Part shown: positions 41,075-51,500 of the stretch, piece after piece
Layout: each line of letters opens with the position of its first letter
Numbering within the stretch: the stretch's first letter is position 1
Assembly: GCA_963770895.1 (NCBI GenBank)
Contig: CAVYRF010000002.1
Coordinates: 608,001-672,000 of the forward strand
DNA: 64,000 bases
Direction: 5' to 3'
Source: an uncultured Acidobacteriota bacterium
GTDB lineage: Bacteria > Acidobacteriota > Thermoanaerobaculia > Multivoradales > UBA5704
Notes under the pieces: model-generated
Database searches by the model: none
What the model saw: only the letters and a program-made list of their open reading frames with translations
What the model was told of the DNA's origin: nothing
Position numbers and translations under genes: made by a program

Positions 41075-42062
41075 TGATTGGCGTCCCAGGCCCAGCCGGC
41101 GAGCTGGGTGCAGCTCGGGCTGGCGAACGAACCCGAAAAGCTGGGGGGCCGTACAGGTCACGGTGCGCGTGCCGAGCGATGTCGTGGCGCCGGTGAGCAC
41201 CAGCGTCACGGCCTGAGGCGTGCCGGTCTTGAACACGGCGGACGGGGGATCGGCAAAACCGGCGAGTTTGAGGTCGTTGCGGTGCCTGGCACGACGGTGA
41301 TGGCCGCCGCCACTTCGCTGCTGCTGCTCGTTTCGCTCATTCCCTTCCTCCGTGCGGAGGGGGGGAAGCGTGGCTCGTCGCGGTGATGGTGACGGTGCCG
41401 TCGGTCGTGGGGGCGGTGAACAGGCCGGTCGCATCGATCGAACCTGCCGACGCGGACCACAGGACGCCGGTGTCGGCGGCGCCTGTCACAGTGGCGGTGA
41501 ATTGCTGCATGCCGCCAGCGGCCACCGCGGTTTCCGCCGGGGCGACGGCGATCCCGATCAGCGGGCCGGCGCTCACGGTGACCGTCGCCAAGCCCTGTAC
41601 GGGGCCGCCTCCCGCCGCGGTGGACACCGCCAGGACGTGATAGACGCCGGGGCCGGCGGGGGCGGTGTAGAGCCCCGCCGTGGTGACACTGCCGCCTGTC
41701 GAGCCTTCCTCTACGCTCCAGGTCACGGCCGGGCTGGCGACACCGCTGACCTGCGCGGTGAAGGCCTGGCTGGCGCCCGGCGCAAGGCTCGGCGACGACG
41801 GCAGGATCATCAGGTCTTCGCTGATTGGGCCGGATTCGCCGCCGCCGTGGCGGTGACGGTGTACACGCCGGGCACGGAAGGCGCGGTGAACAGACCGTTG
41901 GCCGCAATCGACGCGGCGCCCGGCGACACGGCGACTCCGCTCACCGGCATGGTGGACACGACCGTGAGCGCCGCGGTGCTGGTCGCCAGCGGGTTGCCGA
42001 CGGTCTGAACCGTGACGGTATAGGAGCCCGCGGCCGCGTTGGCCGGCACCTGGAGAAGCCCG
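41075..42062 (-). pseudogene. Internally deleted copy of Rhs gene B segments
   Basis: 41380-42062 is near-identical to 46986-47802 with ~22-nt and ~111-nt deletions; 41075-41233 is a diverged copy of ~46298-46453. Confidence 0.85.
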
Positions 42063-42134
42063 GCCAGGAGACGCTCACTGCGTGAAACTACCGCCAACTT
42101 CGCCGTCGACTTTCAACGGAAAGTGGGACATCCC

Positions 42135-42875
42135 CGCGGTCAAGCTGCATACGCTTCTGGACCTGCGCGGCGCGATTCCAACGTTCATCCTCATCAGCGA
42201 CGGCAAACTTCACGATGTGAACGTGCTCGACATCCTGCCCGTCGAGGCTGGAGCCTTCTACGTCATGGATCGCGGCTATGTCGACTTCGCGCGGCTCTAT
42301 GCGATGCATCAGACCGGAGCCTTCTTCGTCACCCGCGCCAAGCATGGAATGGCCGCCCGGCGGGTGTATTCGTTTGAGACGCAACGCGCCACTGGCGTGA
42401 TCTGCGACCAGCGCGTGATGCTCAATGGCTTCTACTCGGCCAAGGCCTACCCGGAGCATTTGCGGCGCGTCCGTTTCAAGGACCCCTTTTCGGGCAAGAC
42501 GCTTGTTTTCCTGACAAACAACACGACTTTGCCACCGTTGGCGATCGCTGCCTTGTACAAGAGCCGATGGCAGGTCGAGCTGTTTTTCAAGTGGATCAAG
42601 CAACATCTGCGCATCAAGCGATTCCTGGGCACCAGCGAGAACGCCGTGAAGACGCAAATCTGGTGCGCCGTCGCGACCTACGTGCTGATTGCCATCCTTA
42701 AGAAGGAGCTTCAACTCGATGCCTCGCTCTACACATGTCTACAGATCTTGTCGGTCTCGGTCTTCGAGAAAACCGAGGTTTCATGCGCTTTCCAGCCTGA
42801 CCGGTCCCAGCGAGAACTGCGCACTGCGGCTAACCAACTCATTCTGTTCGACTTCTAACTAACCGGACATTACTG
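42135..42875 (+). mobile_element. 5'-truncated IS4-family element (DDE transposase C-terminal part plus right end)
   Basis: AVKLHTLLDL, YVMDRGY and YKSRWQVELFFKWIKQ signature; stop at 42858 then taaccggacattactg terminus (42860-42875); no N-terminal domain or left end seen. Confidence 0.85.
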
Positions 42876-42996
42876 GCATGAACGGTATCCTATCAAGCAA
42901 GCAACAGCGTCCGAGAAATCCGCGACACGCCCTGACCCTAGGAATTGCTGGCAGAGGGGGCGCCTCTGCCATGATCTTATCTGCCGTTCGAAATCT

Positions 42997-43356
42997 TCAG
43001 CCCCCAACGAAGATGGACCACCACGCTGGAAGTGTAGTCCACGGATAAGTTGTCGACGGGGGACCAGGCGGATGGTCCGCAAGCCATTGAAGGAATGGCA
43101 TCGGGTTCAGTAGCCGTTGCGCATCCTGCAGCAGCTGCTGCATGCGGGAGGCGCGGGGGGGGAATTTCCTGCCGTGAGCTTGCTCATCCGTTACTGGTGT
43201 TCCGTCCTTTGTGCAGCGGCGCCGTTCGTCGTTTCCGTCATCCTTGTCCCAGTGGGGGATCTTTGCGTCGCGTTCCCATGAAGCCTTGGGCGCTTTGGGG
43301 TTTTTCGGCTGATACCAATTCCCTCCTCGGGAGTTCCGCGGGTCAGGGGCCCACAT
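42997..43356 (-). CDS. Orphan polymorphic toxin C-terminal fragment
   Basis: WAPDPRNSRGGNWY..ASW..PHWDKDDG..AHG; HWD motif as in Ntox37-like tips; located in the Rhs array. Confidence 0.6.
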   Translation of the reverse strand: MWAPDPRNSRGGNWYQPKNPKAPKASWERDAKIPHWDKDDGNDERRRCTKDGTPVTDEQAHGRKFPPRASRMQQLLQDAQRLLNPMPFLQWLADHPPGPPSTTYPWTTLPAWWSIFVGG

Positions 43357-43418
43357 GAATGGACGATCAGGCTCCCACGGCCATCCTCCTGCCAGACCCG
43401 GAGGCAGTCCATCGGGGC

Positions 43419-43808
43419 CTACCTCCGGGCAAAACCGCCAGGGATGCTTTCGAATCGATGAAAGTCAAAGCCACAAAGCACACGGCGGAAGCCGTCCGTG
43501 AGCGCAGCCCCGTACACCTCCAGTCTACGAGCAACGGGATGTTGGCCATATCCGCCATGATGCATGTCGATCGGTGCTACCATACCTGCACCCAGCACAT
43601 CAGGGGAACGAAGCTGTGAGTTGTCGAAGGTCGTCACTTCCCGTCCCTCGGCCCTCAGCCGTCGTACGACGGGACCATTGGTCTCCGAATTCACAACCCA
43701 TACCGGCGCGCGAGAGGCCAGCGCCACGAGACCCTCGCCGAACTCGTGGTCGAGAACCAAGGCTACCGTGGACGATGCATGAGTGGGCATCATGATATCC
43801 ATGCTCAA
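43419..43808 (-). CDS. Probable orphan immunity protein
   Basis: ~125-aa lower-GC globular ORF (VALVLD.EFG, PVWVV, DMHHG.Y) within the Rhs cassette array. Confidence 0.55.
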   Translation of the reverse strand: MSMDIMMPTHASSTVALVLDHEFGEGLVALASRAPVWVVNSETNGPVVRRLRAEGREVTTFDNSQLRSPDVLGAGMVAPIDMHHGGYGQHPVARRLEVYGAALTDGFRRVLCGFDFHRFESIPGGFARR

Positions 43809-43830
43809 TGTGTGGCATCTGGCGCGAAGA

Positions 43831-43955
43831 CAGGCGCCACTCCTTTCCCTTGCGCGTCACGGCCTGCGGCGTGCCGGTCTTGAACACGGCGGGCAGGGGA
43901 TCGGCAAAACCGGCGAGTCTGAGGTCGTTGCGGTGCCTGGCACAACGGTGATGGC
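43831..43955 (-). repeat. Second scrambled Rhs remnant
   Basis: 43831-43854 equals 40924-40947; 43857-43955 is a close copy of 41206-41310. Confidence 0.8.
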
Positions 43956-44202
43956 CGCCGGCACCACGGCGACGTCAAGCGGGCGACTCGCTGACGAGCG
44001 CGCCGACGACCAGCACGCCGCGGCCGCCATTCTGGCCCGCGCCGCCGATACCGCTCCCGCCGAGCTGGCACTGCCCGATGGGTGCCGCATCCGCCCCCAG
44101 GCGGACGACCTCGACCGCCAGTGCCGCCTGCTCCCGCCGACCGGGCCGCCCACCAAGGCCCACCGCCTGGATTGTCGTCTGGCTCGACAATCCATCCGAT
44201 CC

Positions 44203-44865
44203 TCACCTATGCCGGCGGCGCTCGCGCGGGCTCCCGGCGCGAGCGGACGGGCCGCGAGGTGGGTGCTGGTGCTGACGACGATGGAGTAAGTGTGCCAGGC
44301 GTTCTTTGGTGCGCCGTTCCTTTCGCTTCGGCATCCGCTCCCACCAAGCGACCACGGCTTTCAAAGCGGGCGTCAGCCGCCGCAGAGCACGTACAAACCA
44401 GAGCAGCGGTAATCTAATCGGGCGCAGGTACCTGAATCGCCGTCGCACGTAGATCCTACCGAGTTGGTCGCGCCAGATATTTGCCACAACCTCTGTCGGT
44501 CGCGGATCGGGCTCGATGGCGAGTTGAATGTGGTGTCCGACCTCGTGGTAAAGGATGTTGACGATCACAAGCTCACGGAATAGAGGCAGTTTCTGTAGAA
44601 AGCCAGGAATGGTTGCCGTAATAGCATCGAGGTTCAGTTCGATGTACGCTTTTCTTCCTTTCCAAGCGCGCCAATAAAGCCCACGCGGCTCCGTTCCGCG
44701 CGAGATCGCAGGCCATATATCCTTAAAGGCAGCTGTATCCTTGAGACACACTCGGTCCAGGCCCTCAAGGTATTCTGGCGGTACAAACCGCAATAAACGT
44801 TCGACGGTGGCGCGATAATCCGCCCGCGGATTGAGCCAGCGGAACTCTTCAAGCACCTGGACCAT
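44203..44865 (-). CDS. HEXXH zinc-metallopeptidase-like protein in the cognate immunity position
   Basis: RGLY, YIEL, ILYHEVGHH and a downstream E (EVVAN); first ORF after Rhs gene B; lower GC. Confidence 0.7.
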   Translation of the reverse strand: MVQVLEEFRWLNPRADYRATVERLLRFVPPEYLEGLDRVCLKDTAAFKDIWPAISRGTEPRGLYWRAWKGRKAYIELNLDAITATIPGFLQKLPLFRELVIVNILYHEVGHHIQLAIEPDPRPTEVVANIWRDQLGRIYVRRRFRYLRPIRLPLLWFVRALRRLTPALKAVVAWWERMPKRKERRTKERLAHLLHRRQHQHPPRGPSARAGSPRERRRHR

Positions 44866-45031
44866 CGCTCTATCGTCTCACGGCCAAATCGTTAAAGGAA
44901 GAATGGCATTCGTCACAGCCACTTGGCTGCCGCGACGTGGGTGGCAAGACTGCGCGAGAGCGGTCCAGGAGCGGTTCTTCGGCGGCCCACAGGGGTATCG
45001 AGCTACCTTTCCTCAAGCCTGGACCAGCTCT

Positions 45032-48000
45032 TCATCCGCCGAAGCCTCCGTGCCCTGATCCATAGTGCTCCACGAGGTAATGGAGGAAGCGCTCCAGACT
45101 CTCCATCAGTGCCTCCCACCATGGGTCTGGCTCCGGACCGCCCGGGAAATTGCCCGGCGCCGTCTCGAGCAGGGGCGGTGGATTCGTTTTCGGCCTCTGC
45201 CCCGGATTGGATTTGGGCGGCGGGCATCCCCTGCCCGGCGCGACCGGCCGGTCGCGCGGTCGAACTGTGGGGATTGGCAACGGCGCAATCGGAAGGTCAT
45301 GCAGCCATTGTTTGCCGGCAGGGGTGTTGAGCCACCCTTCGTAGGCAAGGACAGCGAATGTCAGCGCTGTAAGCGCAACTACGGGAAGTACTAGGGCGCT
45401 TTCACCCTTCGGGTCGATGCTGTTGAGGGGATCGTTGCCGACATAGTGGTAGAGGTTCAGCCCCGCCATCTCGCCGACCGGATCGCGGCTTTCCCAGCGC
45501 CCCAGGTTCGGGTCGTAGGCGCGGTATTCGGTCAGGCTCAAACCCGACGGTTGGTGGTAGTACATCCCGGCGTACCCGAAGCGGGGCGGAACACCCTGGT
45601 TGACGGTCAGGCGCCCGTAGGGGTCGTAGTCGTAGCGGCTGACGACGTTGCCGCTCGTATCGGTGACTTCGCGCACGCTGCCCAGATGGTCGTAGGAGAA
45701 GTAGTAACTGCCGCCGCCGGACTGCATGCCTCCCGGGAAGAAGCGGGTGAGGATCGGCTCGGTGGGGCAGGTGATGGTCTTGGGGGTATCTCCCAGGGGG
45801 ATGGTGGTGCCGGAGTAGGTGACGGACAGGCTGTGGGTGGTGCCGGAGTAGAGGGCTGGCGAGGTGTAGGTGAAGCCGTGGTCGCCATTGCCCTTGCCGG
45901 CGTTTTGCAGGTCCTGGCGGAAGTTGGCGGCGGGGATGGTGGCGAGCAGGGCGCCGTTGTCGTAGATGTCCACGTTGAGGGCTGCGTTGGGTTGGTTGGC
46001 GTCCCAGGCCCAGCCGGCGAGCTGAGTGCAATCGGCAGTGTCGAAGTACCCGCCGAAGTTAGCGCTGGAACAGATGAGCGTTTGCGGGACGCCGATGACC
46101 GTCGGCGTGCCGCCGGCTTTGAGGGTGATGGTGTGGGCGGTGCCGGTCTTGAGGGCGGCGGGGGTGGGGAAGAAGAAGCCGTGGGCGCCGTTGCCGATGC
46201 CGGCGTTGAGCAGGTCCTGGCGGAAGGTGTTGGCCAGGACGGTGGCGATCAGGGTGGCGCCGTCGTAGATGTCGACGTTGATCGGGTCGTTGGGTTCGTT
46301 GGCGTCCCAGGCCCAACCGGCGAGCTGGGTGCAGCTGGGGCTGGCGAACGAGCCCGAAAAGCTGGGCGCGGTGCAGGTCACGGTGCGGGTGCCGAGCGAC
46401 GTCGTGGTGCCGGTGAGCAGCAGGGTCACGGCCTGCGCGGCGCCGGTCTTGAACTGCGCGGGCAAGGGATAGGTAAAACCGTGGTTGCCGTTGCCGGCGC
46501 CGGCGAGCTTGAGGTCGCTGCGGTAGTTGTTGGCCAGCACCGTTGCCTCGCTGGTCGTGCCGGACTCGATGCTGACGCTGACCGGCGTGTTCGGTTGGGC
46601 GGGATTCCACGCCCAACCGGCCACCTGGTTGCAGTTGAGGCTGTCGAAGTTGCCAGGCGCGGTGACCGCTCCGGTCGGATCGACGGTGGCGTCCGTCTCT
46701 TCGACGATCTGGCCTTCCACCCAGATGTAGTGACGGCTGCTCACCACGGCGCCGTTGTTCAGCTCGGTGATGAGCACGCGCCGACCCAGGCCGTCGTAGG
46801 CGAACTGGCTGCGCTGGGCGCCGATGTTGATCGCGGTCAGGCGGTTTTCCGCATCCCATTCGTAGGTGCGGGTGCCGTCGGACAGCAGATTGCCGTTGGC
46901 ATCGTATTGGAACGCCTGCCCCTGGCCGGGAACGGTGACGACCGCGGTTGCCGAGGCCTGGACCTGCGGGTCGGCGTGACTCGCGGCGGTGATGGTGACG
47001 GTGCCGTCGGTCGTGGGGGCCGTGAACAGGCCGGTCGCGTCGATCGAACCTGCCGACGCGGACCACAGGACGCCGGTGTCGGCGGCGCCTGTCACAGTGG
47101 CGGTGAATTGCTGCATGCCGCCAGCGGCCACCGCGGTTTCCGCCGGGGCGACGGCGATCCCGATCAGCGGGCCGGCGCTCACGGTGACCGTCGCCAAGCC
47201 CTGTACGGGGCCGCCTCCCGCCGCGGTGGACACCGCCAGGACGTGATAGACGCCGGGGCCGGCGGGGGCGGTGTAGAGCCCAGCCGTGGTGATACTGCCG
47301 CCTGTCGAGCCTTCCTCTACGCTCCAGGTCACGGCCGGGCTGGCGACACCGCTGACCTGCGCGGTGAAGGCCTGGCTGGCGCCCGGCGCAAGGCTCGGCG
47401 ACGACGGCAGGATCATCAGGTCTTCGCCCACCGTCACCGTGGCGGTGCCTGATTGGGCCGGATTCGCCGCCGCCGTGGCGGTGACGGTGTACACGCCGGG
47501 CACGGAAGGCGCGGTGAACAGACCGTTGGCCGCAATCGACGCGGCGCCCGGACCGGCAACCGACCAGGTGACTGCCTGGTTGGGATGCGGCTCACCGTTG
47601 GGGTCTTCCACCACCGCCGTGAAGGGCTCCTGCTGCCCCGAATCGATCACCGAGCGCGACGGCGACACGGCGACTCCGCTCACCGGCATGGTGGACACGA
47701 CCGTGAGCGCCGCGGTGCTGGTCGCCAGCGGGTTGCCGACGGTCTGAACCGTGACGGTATAGGAGCCCGCGGCCGCGTTGGCCGGCACCTGGAGAAGCCC
47801 GGTGCTCGAAAAGGTAGCTCCCGGCAACGTCGAGGACCACTGCACGCTCTGCTGGCTGCCGGTCACGTCGGCAAAGAATTGCCGCGAGGTCCCAGGCAGG
47901 ACGGTCACGGCCGCCGGCGCCACGGCGACGTCGACCACCTGCACGGTCGCGGTGGCCTGGATGCCATAGGCACCATCTCCGTTGTTGACGACGTAGACGT

Positions 48001-48562
48001 GAAACGTTCCTCCTGTCCGACCCACGACGTGGCTGAACTGACCGATGGGGCCAGTTCCCGCGCCCCCGCCGCCCTCGACGGTACCGCTGGGGTCGTCCGT
48101 GCTCCAAAAGAAGTATGGAGAGTCCGAGTTGATCACGCTGGCGGAGAACGAGGCCGCCTGGCCGGCGGCGATCAGGGCTGTCAACGGGGTCACCGACGTA
48201 AGCGGGGGCCCCGGGACGGTGATGTTCAAATACCCCGCACCGTTGTTACTGGTGATGGCGGTCAGGGTGTACACGCCGGGCGTCGTGCCTGCGGTGACGT
48301 CGATCGATGTCGTCCCGGGTTCGTTCAAGGTGACACCCGCCGGCGGATATACCGACCAGGTGACCACGGTCCCGGTGGGATAAGGATAGACCGACGCGTT
48401 GTAGATCATGGATTCGCCTTGATACAAGGTGGTCGGCCCGCTTACCGTGACGCTGGTCTGCGCACGGACCGGGCGTAGCCCGCCGGTAACCAGGACAACA
48501 CCCGCAAACGCGAGCGGCAGCAGCCGGCCGCGGACGGTTCCCAGCCGACGGTCAGTTTTCAT
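45032..48562 (-). CDS. Rhs gene B: signal peptide, Ig-like domains, YD repeats, three inserted repeats, Rhs core, C-terminal tip
   Basis: Signal ..LRPVRA|Q; repeated VTWS..G.I...GLFTAP...G.Y.V.A; YDANGNLLSDG; DHLGSVR, YDPYG and RDPVG..DPKGE. Confidence 0.92.
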   Translation of the reverse strand: MKTDRRLGTVRGRLLPLAFAGVVLVTGGLRPVRAQTSVTVSGPTTLYQGESMIYNASVYPYPTGTVVTWSVYPPAGVTLNEPGTTSIDVTAGTTPGVYTLTAITSNNGAGYLNITVPGPPLTSVTPLTALIAAGQAASFSASVINSDSPYFFWSTDDPSGTVEGGGGAGTGPIGQFSHVVGRTGGTFHVYVVNNGDGAYGIQATATVQVVDVAVAPAAVTVLPGTSRQFFADVTGSQQSVQWSSTLPGATFSSTGLLQVPANAAAGSYTVTVQTVGNPLATSTAALTVVSTMPVSGVAVSPSRSVIDSGQQEPFTAVVEDPNGEPHPNQAVTWSVAGPGAASIAANGLFTAPSVPGVYTVTATAAANPAQSGTATVTVGEDLMILPSSPSLAPGASQAFTAQVSGVASPAVTWSVEEGSTGGSITTAGLYTAPAGPGVYHVLAVSTAAGGGPVQGLATVTVSAGPLIGIAVAPAETAVAAGGMQQFTATVTGAADTGVLWSASAGSIDATGLFTAPTTDGTVTITAASHADPQVQASATAVVTVPGQGQAFQYDANGNLLSDGTRTYEWDAENRLTAINIGAQRSQFAYDGLGRRVLITELNNGAVVSSRHYIWVEGQIVEETDATVDPTGAVTAPGNFDSLNCNQVAGWAWNPAQPNTPVSVSIESGTTSEATVLANNYRSDLKLAGAGNGNHGFTYPLPAQFKTGAAQAVTLLLTGTTTSLGTRTVTCTAPSFSGSFASPSCTQLAGWAWDANEPNDPINVDIYDGATLIATVLANTFRQDLLNAGIGNGAHGFFFPTPAALKTGTAHTITLKAGGTPTVIGVPQTLICSSANFGGYFDTADCTQLAGWAWDANQPNAALNVDIYDNGALLATIPAANFRQDLQNAGKGNGDHGFTYTSPALYSGTTHSLSVTYSGTTIPLGDTPKTITCPTEPILTRFFPGGMQSGGGSYYFSYDHLGSVREVTDTSGNVVSRYDYDPYGRLTVNQGVPPRFGYAGMYYHQPSGLSLTEYRAYDPNLGRWESRDPVGEMAGLNLYHYVGNDPLNSIDPKGESALVLPVVALTALTFAVLAYEGWLNTPAGKQWLHDLPIAPLPIPTVRPRDRPVAPGRGCPPPKSNPGQRPKTNPPPLLETAPGNFPGGPEPDPWWEALMESLERFLHYLVEHYGSGHGGFGG

Positions 48563-51500
48563 GACCGCCCCCGTTGACGTTGCCTGGAGCTCCCGGCGCT
48601 CCGGCTGGACTTCGCGGCGGCGCCGCCGGCCGGCGGGCGCGCAGCTGCTGCATCGCCGCCTGCGCCTGCAAGCTGAGGCCGGAGTCGAGCGTGAGCAGCT
48701 GATTGGCGCCGTCGTAGGTCGCGGTCGAAAGAGCCGTGTCGATGGTCTCGCTGGTGCGGTTGCCCGACGGGTCGTAGCCGGCCGCGTAGGTGTGCAGCGT
48801 CGTCACCGGCGACTGCGCCGGGTTGGTCGTCTGCTGCCGCGCGATCAGCTGCTGGGCGCCGTCGTAGGTGAAATTGAAGAACCGCCCCGTCGGGTTGTCG
48901 ATATCGAACCAGGAGAGGCCGACGATCTGTTGGTGAGCAGGATCATAGGAGTAGCCGAACTGCGACAGGTTGGGGCCGTTCGCCGTGGAACCCCAGACCA
49001 CCCGCGACAACCGGAAGTCTTGCGTCGGGCCAAGATACGAGTACGTCGCTCCCTGGCCGTTGGGATAGGACAGCGAGGCCATCCGGTTGGACGATCCGAC
49101 GTAGGTCGCGGTAAACGTGCCCAGCGGGCTCGCCAGGGTCGTCAGACGATCCTCGCTGTCATAGGTCCGCGTCTGCGCCACGCCATCGACCGTCTGGCCG
49201 ATGCGCCGGCCGTCGACGTCGTACTGGAAGGTGATCGTGTGATTGGGGGCCGGCGCGGTGATGCTTGCGATCTGCCCCGCACCGACGCTGCCCGCGAGGT
49301 TGTAACTGTAGAGCGTCGAACCGAACGCATCGGTCATCATCGTCAGGCGCGGATAGTACTGGTCGTAGAAATACTGCACGCCGGGCGTCGCGTGCACGCT
49401 GTTCTGATAGGTGATCGCCGCCAACCGGTTGTCGACGGTATAGCTGTAGTTGGTGACCTGGCCCACCCCGTCGGTGCGCCGGATCAACCGGCCGGCGGCG
49501 TCGTAGGCAAAGAGCGCCACCGTGGCGCCGTTGACCTGCTTGCCGACCACGCGGTTGAGGCCGTCGAGCATCCAGGTAGTCAGGGAACCGCGCGGGTCTG
49601 CCACCTGCGACAGCGCGCCACAGCCGCACCAGGAATAGGTCGTGGTTCTGCCTGCCGGGTCGGTGACCGAAGCCAGGCGATCGGCGGCGTCGTAGGCGTA
49701 GGTGGTGATCCGTCCCATGCGGTCCTGGTAGGCCACGACATCCAGCTTGTTGAACACCACCTGGTCCATCGTGCCGTCCGGATAGGTGATCTGCGTGAGG
49801 CGATCCAGCGAGTCGTAGTTGAACGTCAAGGTGTAGCCGTCGGTCGACGTCCAGGTCAGCAGCCGATTGGCGGAGTCGTAGGTGTAGGTCTCCTGGTAGG
49901 TGGTCCCGGCGATCGCTTTCTGGATCAGAAAGCCCCGGCTGTCGTAGGTGTAGTTCGTGGTCACCCCATCCGGCCGCTGCGCGGAAGTCATCTCGCCCAG
50001 GCTGTTATAGGTGAACGTCGACCGCTGGCCCGCGTAGTCGACGTAGGTGAGCGGCTCATGCACCGAGTTGTAGGTCAAGGCGGCCAGCTGCTCGCCGGCC
50101 CACGTGATGCCGGTGCCGCCGCCATCCAACTGCGCGGCCAGCACCTTGATCAGATCGATCTGGTTGGCCGCATACAAATAGTTATAGCTGCGGCCCGCCG
50201 GGTCGGCAGAGGTCGGCAGCCGGCCCGATGAATCGTAGCTGGAGGTGGTTGCCTGGGTCTGGCCGGTGTCGAGCACCGTCGCCGTGACGGTCGGTGTCGA
50301 AAGGCTGCCCTGGTCGCTGTCGCCGGGCATGTTGGGATAGTTCATCCAGGTGCGGCGCTCCCCTTGCGGCTGGACAAACCCCGGAATCGAAGACGCCGCC
50401 GTTCCGCCTTCCGAAAAGTCGCGCAGCCAGTGGATGGTGAAGGTTGCGTTGAGATATCGATTGGGATCGGCGGCGCTGTATTGCTCCATCGCCGTCGGGT
50501 TCCAATAGTAGGTATTGCGATACGCCAGGTTTTCGTTGCCGAAGCCGGCGGGGATCGGCTCGGTGGTGGTCTCTGGAACGTTCTGCGCTTCGTGGGTGAA
50601 CTCGATCCGCTCCTGGTGGCCAAGCGGGTCGGTCGCCACCAGCCAGCGGATGTTGCCCAGGTCGGTTTCGACGCACGGCGGCGCTTCCCCCATCGCGAAC
50701 GTCGTCGTGCCGTAGGGAGTGGTCATCGCGTTCATGAAATCCGCCGGCACGGCGTACACGATGTCGTTGCCGCTGTTCACGCAATAGGGCGGCGCCGGCG
50801 CTGGCACGGTGGGACCGTAGGTAAACGACGACGTCATGCCGGCGGCGTCGGTGACACTCTGCAGCTCGCCGCCGGAATACTGGAATAGCGCCTGGCGCCC
50901 AAACGGGTCGGTGACCGCGGTGACCTTGTACATGTCGCCCGCCAATCCATAGGTGAGCGTCGTCGTCTGGCCCAGCGGATCGGTGATCGACAGCAGGCGC
51001 GTGGTCGCGGCGTCGTAGTTGAGAGTGACCGTATTGCCCACCGCATCCGTCACCGCCGTCAGGTAGTACTTGCGCATCGTGGCGGCATTGTCCGAAAGCT
51101 GATAGGTGTCCTGCGAACCGTCGGGATACTGCCGCACGAAGCCGACGGTGTTGTTCGCACCCGTCTGGAACAGGCGCGTCACCGTGTCGTGCGCGCCGCT
51201 CACGTTGGGGCCATACGCCCACCAATAGACGGCCGAAATCTGCGACAGGATGTACGAGCCGCCGCCGCGCTCGGCGACGCGGATGGTGTTGCCGTTGCCG
51301 TTGGGGTCGTCGTCTTCGACGTAGGAGAGCCAGTCGAAGTTCCAGCGCGAGCCCAGGTTGGTATAGGTGAACGTGGCCGGCTGAAAGTCCTCGCGGCTGT
51401 TGTAGGTGATGCCGAACCGCATCGCCGGTCCGCGCGGCGGTTGGTAGCCGACCGGAGAGTCGGTGACGTTCAAGCTCACCACCGCGGTGTGAAAGTTGTA

